Assembly (NCBI GenBank): GCA_048941265.1
Contig: JBHLNT010000030.1
Coordinates: 1-33,517, forward strand
Reading direction: 5' to 3'
DNA length: 33,517 bases
DNA from: Promethearchaeota archaeon
GTDB lineage: Archaea; Asgardarchaeota; Lokiarchaeia; Sigyniarchaeales; SOKP01
Below are positions 18,710 to 28,546 of this stretch, one piece after another. Position 1 is the stretch's first letter. Each line of letters starts with the position of its first letter. Under the pieces are notes generated by a model. It searched no databases. It had not been told where the DNA came from and saw only the letters and a list, made by a program, of their open reading frames with translations. A program made the position numbers and the translations under genes.

Positions 18710-20613
18710 TGGATTTCTATGGCTATACTGGTAAAATTCTAAATATTAATTTATCTAATAATAAAGTTTTCCTTGAAGATGAGAAAGTTGAGGATTTAAC
18801 TAAATTCATTGGTGGCATAGGAATGAACTGCAAACTTGGAGCTGAACGTCTTAAACCTAATACGAATCCTTTTTCTCCTGAGAATCCCATTATTTTAGGT
18901 GTAGGACCTTTAGTTGGAACAATAACTCCAGGAGCTTCTCGAACCGTAGGGTTATCGAAATTTCCAGCAACCGGAGCTATCGCAAATTCTTGTGGAAGCA
19001 TGAGTTTTGGTTTCAATTTAAAACAAGCAGGGTACGATCATGTAATCATTTCAGGTAAATCAGAAAAGCCTGTTTATCTTCTCATCTTAGATGATCATGT
19101 TGAACTTGCGAATGCATCAGAATTATGGGGTCAAGATATAGTTGAAACGACTAATAAACTATGGAAAGACCATCAAGGTTGTGGAGTGATTTCAATAGGT
19201 CAAGCGGGTGAGAATTTAGTGTTCGGGGCTCTAACTCTCATTGATAAAACTGCAACATTCGGTCGTGGAGGTCTAGGAGCGATAATGGGTTCAAAAAATC
19301 TAAAAGCTATAGTAGCAAAAGGTACTAAGGGAATCTCCATCTCGAATCCTAAAGAATTTAAAAATCTTTATAAAAAACAAATCGAAAGAATTCGAAATTA
19401 TCCTCAACGTGATTCATGGATTGAATTAGGTATGTTAAGAAGTTTACCTATTAATTTAATGTTAGCTGCGAAAGGACAAAAAGAAAAAGTAAAACAGGCA
19501 AGTGAAAAATTTTATCTCAAGGAATTGAAAAAGCGGCGTATTGCATGCCCATCGTGTCCTATGGCAGATAAAGATATTCTTGAAATTAAAGAGGGAGAAT
19601 TCAATGGATTAATAAATTATACCTCATCAATCATAAACCCATTATTAATGCTTACTCTTGATAGTTTAGAAAATGCCCATCAAGCAGTTAAGATTTTTGA
19701 TCTTATTGGAAGATATGGATTAGATTCCTTAACTATAACCTCTCTTTTTGAATTTTTAGGAAAAATGCATGATAAAGGAGCAATCACTAATGATGATCTC
19801 GGTTTTGAATGGAAACAAGATTTTAATACTTTAATTCGTTTGATTGAAATCATTGCAAATCGAGAAGGAAGCTTTGGAAATACTCTTGCCGATGGATGGA
19901 AAAAATTAGCAGAATTTAATGACACCTTTGCAAATGAAATGCTAACTATCAAAGGATTAGATGTGGTCTTTGAGCCTCGCTTCTTAAGACTTGGTACAAT
20001 GGAATTCGAGCAAGTGGTCAATCCTAAGGGAGCACATGTAGCTTCAGGAGGGTCTCCCACTTATGTAGGTGCTGGAGGAACAATGGAGAAATTTAGAAAT
20101 CATTTTAAACGGATGGGAATCCCCAATTCAGCAATAGCTCGGGTGTTTATTCCGCCAATAAGAGAAATGGGAATACATGTGGGTCGGTTGACTCGATATT
20201 CAGAGGATTGGTATACTGTTTTAACAAGCTTAGGATTATGCGCAAGAGCTCAGATAAATCGTTTTTGGGGACTTGAATTAGCTACTGAATTTTATAATGC
20301 TGTGACCGGTTTTGAATTAGTATCAGATGATTTAAGAAAAGCTGCTGAACGATCTTGGAACCTTCTTAAGATTATGAATATGAAAGAAGGATTTACACGA
20401 AAAAGTGATGCATTTCCTAAAGAATGGTTCAAACCACTTAAGTTAGGTGAGAATAATCTTGAATTTAAGGATTTTTTTGGAGGGACCATTATTACTATTG
20501 ACATTGCAAATCAATTACTCGATGATTATTATGATGAACGAGGATGGAATAAACAAAATGGTGAACCAACCCAAGAAAAGATAGAAGATTTAGGATTGAC
20601 CAAATTTCTTTAA
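18709..20613 (+). CDS. Tungsten-dependent aldehyde:ferredoxin oxidoreductase family protein
   Basis: GYTGKILNINLS, FIGGIG, GRGGLGAIMGSKNLKAI, YGLD, SLGLC, LDDYYDERGW. Confidence 0.92.
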   Translation: MDFYGYTGKILNINLSNNKVFLEDEKVEDLTKFIGGIGMNCKLGAERLKPNTNPFSPENPIILGVGPLVGTITPGASRTVGLSKFPATGAIANSCGSMSFGFNLKQAGYDHVIISGKSEKPVYLLILDDHVELANASELWGQDIVETTNKLWKDHQGCGVISIGQAGENLVFGALTLIDKTATFGRGGLGAIMGSKNLKAIVAKGTKGISISNPKEFKNLYKKQIERIRNYPQRDSWIELGMLRSLPINLMLAAKGQKEKVKQASEKFYLKELKKRRIACPSCPMADKDILEIKEGEFNGLINYTSSIINPLLMLTLDSLENAHQAVKIFDLIGRYGLDSLTITSLFEFLGKMHDKGAITNDDLGFEWKQDFNTLIRLIEIIANREGSFGNTLADGWKKLAEFNDTFANEMLTIKGLDVVFEPRFLRLGTMEFEQVVNPKGAHVASGGSPTYVGAGGTMEKFRNHFKRMGIPNSAIARVFIPPIREMGIHVGRLTRYSEDWYTVLTSLGLCARAQINRFWGLELATEFYNAVTGFELVSDDLRKAAERSWNLLKIMNMKEGFTRKSDAFPKEWFKPLKLGENNLEFKDFFGGTIITIDIANQLLDDYYDERGWNKQNGEPTQEKIEDLGLTKFL

Positions 20614-20758
20614 ATTTCTATAAAAAATATGAGAAGGTATCAAAGATTCACAAAAAAAATTAAAAATGAATTTAAATACATCAATAATATTATTTAAATA
20701 ATACACTTAATTAAAAAAAAAAAGAAGTAAATCCAATATTAAATGAAGGTGTTATACT

Positions 20759-21277
20759 ATGGGAAAAGGAAAAAATTTAATCTTAATTGGTGGAATTGTA
20801 TCTCTTATTGGGACATTTTTATTCACATGGTACCAATTTAGCTATGAAACGGTGCAATATGCTAATGGAATCGGAGGGATTATCAATTTTATAAATCTGA
20901 TAATCCCTAGTAATTTTTATGTTCAAAGACTTGAACTGGAAAGGTGGCAAATTCAAGTAATAGCAATTTTAATGCTTTTATTCTTAATTTCAGGGATTCT
21001 GCAGCTAATTGGTAAAAAGAATCGCAAAGTGGGGCTTTTGGGGACCATAATGCCTCTGCTTATGGGTATAGCTCTTGTTTTGGGAGGAACCATCTCACTA
21101 TTTGGATTTTTTCTGAGATATTTTGAAATTTATGGCACATCCGACTATTTAATTGAAGGAGTTATTCCATTCCATATTGTAGTCGTTGGTAGAGCTGCAC
21201 TCGGTTCTTTTATAGTTCTAGCTGGAGGCGTGTTAGGTCTTATTGGCGTACTTGTGAGTAAAGAAGAATTTTATTAA
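20759..21277 (+). CDS. Hypothetical multi-pass membrane protein
   Basis: About four hydrophobic Gly-rich helices; GAAGGTG SD-like sequence upstream. Confidence 0.75.
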   Translation: MGKGKNLILIGGIVSLIGTFLFTWYQFSYETVQYANGIGGIINFINLIIPSNFYVQRLELERWQIQVIAILMLLFLISGILQLIGKKNRKVGLLGTIMPLLMGIALVLGGTISLFGFFLRYFEIYGTSDYLIEGVIPFHIVVVGRAALGSFIVLAGGVLGLIGVLVSKEEFY

Positions 21278-21406
21278 ATTTTTTTTTAAATTTTTCTTAA
21301 CTTTTTTTTTATTAATATTTTTATCGTTCAAAAAAAACTTATTTTCTTATTCTTTTAAAATTTTTAATGATTAAATTTAATGATAAATAATTAAGATAAA
21401 TCGGCT

Positions 21407-21949
21407 TTGAAAAAGTCAAAGGGTTTAAAAGCTAAAATAATTGAAAATGGTAACTTAAATGCTAAACTTTTTAGTGGGCAATTTAAAGATTACTTTTTAA
21501 AAATAATACCTAAAATAGGAAAGAGCCTTCAGAAAGCAACTAGGGATTATAAAAAAGAACTTAGAGATCATGTAAAAGAAGATAGAGTGGCTACGTCAGA
21601 ATTTTGGGATGAAATAAGAAGGCAAGGTCTTTTTATCACCAAAAAATTTGGACCAAGGCAAAGGTTATCTATGATCGCAACCAATGCATCACCGCTTCCT
21701 AAAATGGCAGAAGAAGATTATCAAATCTCTGAATATTGTGATAAATGCGGTACATGTATTAAAATGTGTCCGGTAAATGCCATATTAGAAGAACCTATCG
21801 AACATGAAGATGGAACTGTAACCCGAATTGATAGTAATAAATGCTTCCCATACTTTTATGAAAATGTAGGTTGCTCAATCTGTATTAAAGTATGCCCTTT
21901 TCATAAAGTAGGGTATGATAAATTATTTAAATTAAGATTTTATAGCTAA
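21407..21949 (+). CDS. 4Fe-4S dicluster protein of the QueG/reductive-dehalogenase-like family, apparently internally deleted (possible pseudogene)
   Basis: GLFITKKFGPRQRLSMIATN followed by CDKCGTCIKMCP and C-x8-CSICIKVCP; the expected upstream cobalamin-binding segment is absent. Confidence 0.6.
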   Translation: MKKSKGLKAKIIENGNLNAKLFSGQFKDYFLKIIPKIGKSLQKATRDYKKELRDHVKEDRVATSEFWDEIRRQGLFITKKFGPRQRLSMIATNASPLPKMAEEDYQISEYCDKCGTCIKMCPVNAILEEPIEHEDGTVTRIDSNKCFPYFYENVGCSICIKVCPFHKVGYDKLFKLRFYS

Positions 21950-22105
21950 GATTTGTTTTTCTTTTTTTTTTCTAAAACATGCAAATAAGTAGAATTGTTC
22001 CAGTTTTATTCTTTTTTTTTCCTACTTCCTAAAATTTTTTAATGATAATTATCTTAATGTTTAACAGATGAAATTTAATTAATTACAAATTTGGGAGATC
22101 TCAAC

Positions 22106-23308
22106 ATGAGTAAAGATATGAATAGCGATTTAAATGGAATAGATGATGTGCAAGTGTTAAAAGACATGCTTAATTCTCAGAGAATAGAGTTAGAACAAAA
22201 ATATCAAGATGTCAAATCGTTAGAAGCCACCATAAACGAATTAATTGCTGAACTAAAAAATTATAAAAAGTTGGCAGAAAACTATGATGCTCAAAAACAA
22301 AATGACACCGCCTTAAAAAATATGCAGGGATATGTTGTAGAGTTAGAAAATAAGGTCTACCAATTAAATGAGCAAATTTCTGAATTAGTAAAAGAGAAGA
22401 GTAGGATAATTCAAAAAAGTGAAAAATTACCCTCTGAGGAAGAATACACTTCCACATTAGAAAATAAGATTGTTGAATATGATGAAAAAATTGATAGCCT
22501 TGAAAAAGTTAATAAACTTCATCGTAATACAATAGACAAATTAAGTGCTGAACACTCTTCTACGGTTTCTAATCTAGAAAATAAAATTAAAGAACAAAAC
22601 GATTACGTCGCTTCCCTAGTAAAAGAAAATAGAGAACTTCGAAAAGCAGCTGAAATAAATAAGCTTGATCAACTCGGTGGGGATATTGAAGGTAATGTAA
22701 TTAGGCTGCAAAAAGAAATTACTATTTTGAAAAAAGAGAATAAAGAATTAATTGAAAAGAATCAGGTATTGAAAGCAGCTCTACTGTTACATGTAGATGT
22801 GGAAACAAAAGAATTAACTGATACTATAATCCAACAAGAATTGCTGGGTCAAAAACAAAACACCTCAGGAATTAACGAAAAAAATGATAGCGAGAAAGCA
22901 GAACAGATTACAGATATATCTACAGGGAAAGTTCAAGAATTAGTGAAAAAACGACATGAAGCTATCGAAACTCGAGAAGTACCTATCTCTTTGCCAGAAT
23001 CTAATATAAAACCTCTAAAAACCATCGAAGAACCAATAAATGAGCAAATTCGTAAAGAACAAGAAATTATGGCTCCATTACAGGAAAAAATTACCCCAAA
23101 AAGTCCACCTCAAGCTGCTGAAATACCAGATATCGATGAAATCGGAGTTATTGAAACTATTGATGGCAGAAGGAAGTGCCCGATATGTGCTAATGAAAAT
23201 CTAAGACAAATCAGAGAAGTTGAAGATAAAACGAAAATTATATCGGCATATCCAAGAATGTACGGGAAAAAATTTAAATGTGGACAATGTGGTGCTGAAT
23301 GGCGGTAA
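22106..23308 (+). CDS. Long coiled-coil protein with C-terminal Zn ribbon
   Basis: GGAG SD before ATG 22106 (track TTG 22091); heptad coiled coil, Pro-rich linker, CPIC...CGQCGAEW. Confidence 0.82.
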   Translation: MSKDMNSDLNGIDDVQVLKDMLNSQRIELEQKYQDVKSLEATINELIAELKNYKKLAENYDAQKQNDTALKNMQGYVVELENKVYQLNEQISELVKEKSRIIQKSEKLPSEEEYTSTLENKIVEYDEKIDSLEKVNKLHRNTIDKLSAEHSSTVSNLENKIKEQNDYVASLVKENRELRKAAEINKLDQLGGDIEGNVIRLQKEITILKKENKELIEKNQVLKAALLLHVDVETKELTDTIIQQELLGQKQNTSGINEKNDSEKAEQITDISTGKVQELVKKRHEAIETREVPISLPESNIKPLKTIEEPINEQIRKEQEIMAPLQEKITPKSPPQAAEIPDIDEIGVIETIDGRRKCPICANENLRQIREVEDKTKIISAYPRMYGKKFKCGQCGAEWR

Positions 23309-23380
23309 ATTTTCTTTTTAAATTTCTTGAAATTAATCTCATATCTGTTTAATTTTTGTTAAAAAGAAATTTAATTTTGA

Positions 23381-24211
23381 TTAGTTATGTTTCTCTAACC
23401 AATTTCTAAGATCAGTGAGAACCTTTTTTCTTTCTTGTTCCACTTCATTGTAAACTTCATGATATAGTCCCTCGTAAATAATTATGGTTTTATCTCCCAT
23501 CATAAACAAGTTTTCTAATTTCTCACTTCCAGTAATCAATTTATCTTCCGATCCGCTTTGAACTAATAAATCAATTTTTAGATCTTTAACGAAAGATTCA
23601 ACATTTTTCAAGCTATTAAAAAATTCAAACGCTAATCTTGCGGTGATTTTATCAGCATTCACTAAAGGATCTGTCTGATATGCCTTTACTACCTCGGGAT
23701 CATGACTTAAAAATTCTGCATTTAAATTAGGAGGTATCTCCATTGTTGGATTCTCCTCTGAAAATTTAGATACAACTTTTAATAACGAAACACCTCCACC
23801 CCCAACATCTGTACCTACTCCTGACAGAATTAACCCCTTCAAAAGATGTTCATATTTTTTTGTAAAGTAGAGCGCTATAGTTGAACCCATAGAATGGCCT
23901 AGCATAAATATAGGTAAGTCTGGATGCTGTTGCCCTATAATATCGTACAATTTTTTTTCATCTTCTATATATTGATCGAAAGAATCAACATAATTCCTGA
24001 TACCTTCTGACTTTCCATGACCTCTATGATCATTTGCATATATTGCATATCCTAAAGGTATTAATTCTTTCACTACATTCATATACCTTCCAGAATGTTC
24101 AGCAAATCCATGAACAATCAGTAAAACCGCTTTTGGGTTATCTGGAAGCCAATATTGGTAATATATTTTCAAACCTGCTATTCCTTCATATTCATTCTCA
24201 AAACGTTTCAT
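23381..24211 (-). CDS. Alpha/beta hydrolase, lysophospholipase/monoacylglycerol lipase type
   Basis: VHGFAEHSGRY, DHRGHGKS, GHSMG nucleophile, YHEVYNE. Confidence 0.93.
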   Translation of the reverse strand: MKRFENEYEGIAGLKIYYQYWLPDNPKAVLLIVHGFAEHSGRYMNVVKELIPLGYAIYANDHRGHGKSEGIRNYVDSFDQYIEDEKKLYDIIGQQHPDLPIFMLGHSMGSTIALYFTKKYEHLLKGLILSGVGTDVGGGGVSLLKVVSKFSEENPTMEIPPNLNAEFLSHDPEVVKAYQTDPLVNADKITARLAFEFFNSLKNVESFVKDLKIDLLVQSGSEDKLITGSEKLENLFMMGDKTIIIYEGLYHEVYNEVEQERKKVLTDLRNWLEKHN

Positions 24212-24427
24212 TTAACTTTTTCCCTCATTTATCCATCTAATATTTTACATTATGTTAGTGTTATTCTGATTTTAAATTTATGTAAAAATATCAATGTTTT
24301 TTCTCATAATCACTGAGTATAAATTTTTTAAATTGATCCTCAAATTCTTTATTAGGATTAGATTTAAGTATTTAAACTTTAATTCAACATATAGAAATTA
24401 AGAACATAAAGAAATTTTCTCAATTCA

Positions 24428-25984
24428 ATGACAAATTCAATAAAAACCAAGAAAAAAATTAAGGTATCCAATAAGTTAAATGAATTAACTGCTAAAGAAT
24501 GGTTGATAAATACAAAGAGTGTGTGGGAATATTCAGATTATCATCTAAATACTGAATATGATAGAGAAATCCGCCATTTGAGAAATCTAATATTATTTTT
24601 CACGAAGAAGAATGATGTCATATTAAATCCTGATAATACTAGAGAAATTGGCGTCGTTGCGGAAAGGGAAGGGCGAGTAATTCTCACTAAACCAAATAAA
24701 GAAGTAGATTTTATTTTAATACAAGCACATAGAAACTTTCCTAATTTAAGATTCTATAAAGATATGCTTCTTTCTGATAAAATTAAATCAGATTTCGTTC
24801 ACTATTTGGATCTTTTAAAAATTGATAAATACCTATGTGTTATGGTAAGAGATTTCTATTTTGGAAGAACTTCGGGGCTGATTTTATATCATTACGATTT
24901 AACTAATCTATTAATAAGTCTTGGATTTAACCTGAAAGGCCTTACGGTATGGATTTCTGATGAAAAAAAAAATACCGATTCTATTGAAGATCCAAATAAT
25001 TCAATCATCAATGATTATTTTCTAATTTTCAGAAAGGAAAAGAAAAAAAAGGAGGATCTAATAAAGAAATCATTTGAATTTCAATTAAATTATGATGAGA
25101 AAAACTATCTAACTAAAAAAACATTATATTATGATAGTTATATAAAAAGTATCACCCCAACAAGGGATAAATTTAAAACTCAGCATCCTGCAACTTTTCC
25201 TGAACCGGATATTAAAAATCTAATTGAATTTTATACCAATTCGAGCAAAAAACCTAAAATCTTAGATCCATTCTCAGGCGTAGGGAGCACTCTTATCGCA
25301 TGTTCAGAATTAAATGTTAACGGATATGGCATCGAATTAACAAAAAAGTGGATTGAATTAACAAAACTTAGATTCTTTTTGAGGGGATTACCTATAAAAA
25401 TTAATGGACAAAAGTTCAATCCTCAACAAAAACCTTTTAATCTTCTCATCAATGAGGCGGATAAAAAGCAACTATTAATTCAAAATATAGAACATGGAGA
25501 TGTGAAAGAAAAAATCCTATTGTTTCCCGATAACTTTTTTGATTTCATAGTAACTAGTCCTCCTTATTGGGGCATATTGACGAAAAAAGCTGACCATAAG
25601 ACCAAAATGGAAAGAGTGAAGAAAGGGTTTGCTACCAAATACACAATTGAGGGTAAAGACCAGACATTTCACAAAGATTTAGCAAATATAGAATCCTATT
25701 CTAAATTCCTTAATCAGCTAAAAATCATTTATAAACATTGTTATAAAAAGTTAAAAAAGAATAAATATATGGCAATAATAGTATCAGATTTCAGAGATGG
25801 TCCCGATTTTTATCTATATCATGGTGATACAGCAAGTATGTTAAAAAATATCGGATTTAGATTAACGGGATTAACCATATTACACCAAGATAATAAAAAT
25901 CTCTATCCCTATGGTTACCCCTATTCCTTTGTTTCAAATATTCATCACCAATTTATTATTATTGTTAAAAAAGAAGGATTATAA
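24428..25984 (+). CDS. DNA methyltransferase (N4-C/N6-A amino-MTase) with a degenerate duplicated N-terminal half
   Basis: HPATFP, motif I DPFSGVGST, motif IV TSPPY; the N-half repeats the C-half motifs without the catalytic residues. Confidence 0.85.
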   Translation: MTNSIKTKKKIKVSNKLNELTAKEWLINTKSVWEYSDYHLNTEYDREIRHLRNLILFFTKKNDVILNPDNTREIGVVAEREGRVILTKPNKEVDFILIQAHRNFPNLRFYKDMLLSDKIKSDFVHYLDLLKIDKYLCVMVRDFYFGRTSGLILYHYDLTNLLISLGFNLKGLTVWISDEKKNTDSIEDPNNSIINDYFLIFRKEKKKKEDLIKKSFEFQLNYDEKNYLTKKTLYYDSYIKSITPTRDKFKTQHPATFPEPDIKNLIEFYTNSSKKPKILDPFSGVGSTLIACSELNVNGYGIELTKKWIELTKLRFFLRGLPIKINGQKFNPQQKPFNLLINEADKKQLLIQNIEHGDVKEKILLFPDNFFDFIVTSPPYWGILTKKADHKTKMERVKKGFATKYTIEGKDQTFHKDLANIESYSKFLNQLKIIYKHCYKKLKKNKYMAIIVSDFRDGPDFYLYHGDTASMLKNIGFRLTGLTILHQDNKNLYPYGYPYSFVSNIHHQFIIIVKKEGL

Positions 25985-26566
25985 GCATTTCTATTTTATA
26001 TTCTGTCCTCATTTAAAACTGGTATCATTACCATAAAAAATTTAAACATAATTCAAAAATTCTCTTCTTTCATTAAAATCTTCATAATAAGTCAAAAAAT
26101 CACTTCTTAGTTGACTACAACTATTATCCATATTTCAATAATAAAGATTTTTATTAGGATTTAACCACAAAATTACTTACTGATTATACCCAGAATGAAT
26201 ATGATCTATCATAGATAGAGGATGAGAGATATTAATTCAAAATTTTTTAAATCTCTAAATAGTAATAATAAAATAGAATTAAAATAAGAATTAACCATAG
26301 TTCGAATAATAATTATTTTCATTATGAAAAAAGTGAATCATTTTTTGTTGTATAATCATTTTTATCAACATATCAATATTTGAAATCATAGTTTTGTATA
26401 AAGAATATTGTCGAAATTTTTTTGATTTAACTTCGTCAGAGTTTACTCTTTCATCAATAAGTTTAAATAGAGCTTCGGTTAATTATTAACTAACAAAATA
26501 TCATTAAAAATTAACCAAAAAAATAAAATTAAATCTTTAAAAGATTTTTTAAAGGAGGAATAAAAA

Positions 26567-26785
26567 ATGGCTAAAAAGAAACAAGCGTTTGCATGGAGCC
26601 CAATTCGAAGGCTCATGAAACAACAAGGTGCCTCAATAGTTGCCAGAAACGCTGTAAATTTGTTAATTGAACATCTTGAAAAATCTGCTGTCGGGTTGAC
26701 TGAACAAGCTCGAGCCTTTACCATGCATGCGAACAGAAAGAAAATAACCAAGAATGACCTCTTACTTGCAATTAAGTATAAGTAA
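26567..26785 (+). CDS. Archaeal histone (single histone fold)
   Basis: SPIRRLMK..GASIVARNAV...ARAFTMHANRKKITKND; strong AAGGAGG SD; T-rich run downstream. Confidence 0.93.
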   Translation: MAKKKQAFAWSPIRRLMKQQGASIVARNAVNLLIEHLEKSAVGLTEQARAFTMHANRKKITKNDLLLAIKYK

Positions 26786-26913
26786 AAAGAACAATCATTC
26801 TTACCCATTTCAAAATTTTTCTATTTTTTTTCTTATTTTCAACTTGAATACTGAGATCTGATTTTTTAAGAAGATGATAGAGTCCGTAATGAATAATGTT
26901 CACATATAAAGTG

Positions 26914-26944
26914 GAAATCAAAAATTTCGGAAGAAATCAAAAAT
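26914..26944 (+). repeat. Two 12-bp direct repeats GAAATCAAAAAT upstream of tnpB
   Basis: Exact copies at 26914-26925 and 26933-26944 (19-bp period). Confidence 0.6.
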
Positions 26945-27025
26945 CTACTTCACTCTTATGGTTTTAATGAAAATGTGAATATGTTTTCTTTAAATTCTTA
27001 TGTTAGAAAGAGATATGAATTGAAT

Positions 27026-28546
27026 ATGATTCAAACTGCTATATTCCGCTTGTATCCCACACCTATGCAGGAAAAAAAATTAGGAACTATTTTCACAGTT
27101 TATAATAGAGTAAAGAGAATTGGATATAACTTACTTTTTGATCTAAAAGATATGGATTATACTAAAACAGAAAAGAGAAAGATAATTCAACCGAAATTAA
27201 TGGAGATTTGCAAGAATAATCCTTATGTAAATACTATTTTAATTCATAATGAAATGAAAGTTGAACAACAACAAACGTGGTATAAAAAAAGAGGAAAATA
27301 TATGAAATTGCAAATTGACACAATTCAAGATAAAATCAATCAAATTAGAGCAAATGACAGGAAAGATAGAAGGTTAAAAGGATTATATAGCCGTTTATCA
27401 TCGATTCAAAATAAATTGAATAATTTAAAGCTTAAGTCCGTAGTATTTGGGACAAAATCTTTATTTCGACAGAGAATCTTAGGAAAAATTAGCAGAGAAG
27501 AATTTAGAATTAGAAGGGATTCTTCATTTTGTTGTATTGGAAAAAAACAAGGAATTAATTTAAATCTTAAAATTCTCTCCAATGAAGCTATTTGGATTCG
27601 TACTTTTTCAAAGGTAAAAGGTAAAAAATGGCTGCTTATTCCACTTTCAGTTAATCAAAGACAAACTAAATGGTTTAATGAGATCTTCGAAGTAGAGAAA
27701 TATACGGTAACTATCAAGCGGAGAATAGTTAAAGGAGAAGTACGATATTTTACCCATGTTTCTTATGAAATTCCCGAATCAGAAATGCGATACGATTTTA
27801 ACAACGGGGTAGTAGGACTTGATTTTAATTATAATTTTGTATCTTTAAGCAATATAGACCAAAACGGGCTTTTTAAGAGTTATCATGAAATATCCTTTAG
27901 AAATATGCATACATTAAGAAAGAATAGACGCCTTGATTACATTAGCTACAAAATGGATAAAGTAGTAAATTATTGCATTAATAAGAAGAAAGGAGTAGTA
28001 ATTGAGGATTTATCTTTTGTACAAAAATTTTCATATAACAAGACACTTAATCGTAAATTAAGCAATTTCAAGATTAAAGCATTAGAATTATTAGAGAACA
28101 AGTGTATCAAAAAGGGTGTAGCTCTTAGAAAGGTTCACCCTGCTTATACTTCTCTCATTGGTAAATATAAATACTCACGTTCACTTAACTTATCTACTCA
28201 CATTTTAGCAAGTTATGTGATTGCTCGAAGAGGGATGGGATTTAAGGAAATATTTCCACCCATTTACAAGTGGTTACTCTCACAAGTCGGAGATAATATA
28301 AAACTCCGTTTGAAAAAGGGTAGTCCCTACAGTAAATGGTCGCAAATCCACGACTTTTTCAAGCACAGCGGGATAACATCCTTCAAGGCTCCCGACGTAA
28401 TGAAAAAAACATTACAAATGAAGTATGCCTTGAATCCGGCGACGGGCGTACAGCCTGATAACCTTAGGGCTGGTCTTTCCCCTTCGGGAAAGATTGAAGA
28501 TTATCATAAATTTTGGAATTTTATAGAATTTTCCAATTTTTTATAA
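27026..28546 (+). CDS. tnpB: TnpB-related RNA-guided RuvC protein (Zn-finger-less clade)
   Basis: N-terminal QTAIFRLYPT; RuvC-I GLDFN; RuvC-II VIEDL; VHPAYTS; STHILASYVIARRG. Likely ATG is 27026 (track start GTG 26975). Confidence 0.85.
   Translation: MIQTAIFRLYPTPMQEKKLGTIFTVYNRVKRIGYNLLFDLKDMDYTKTEKRKIIQPKLMEICKNNPYVNTILIHNEMKVEQQQTWYKKRGKYMKLQIDTIQDKINQIRANDRKDRRLKGLYSRLSSIQNKLNNLKLKSVVFGTKSLFRQRILGKISREEFRIRRDSSFCCIGKKQGINLNLKILSNEAIWIRTFSKVKGKKWLLIPLSVNQRQTKWFNEIFEVEKYTVTIKRRIVKGEVRYFTHVSYEIPESEMRYDFNNGVVGLDFNYNFVSLSNIDQNGLFKSYHEISFRNMHTLRKNRRLDYISYKMDKVVNYCINKKKGVVIEDLSFVQKFSYNKTLNRKLSNFKIKALELLENKCIKKGVALRKVHPAYTSLIGKYKYSRSLNLSTHILASYVIARRGMGFKEIFPPIYKWLLSQVGDNIKLRLKKGSPYSKWSQIHDFFKHSGITSFKAPDVMKKTLQMKYALNPATGVQPDNLRAGLSPSGKIEDYHKFWNFIEFSNFL

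Noticed and set aside
25985-26566. 580-bp AT-rich intergenic region as a replication origin or ncRNA
   Set aside because: No ORB-like repeats, no adjacent cdc6 and only short weak hairpins; best read as the histone promoter region.
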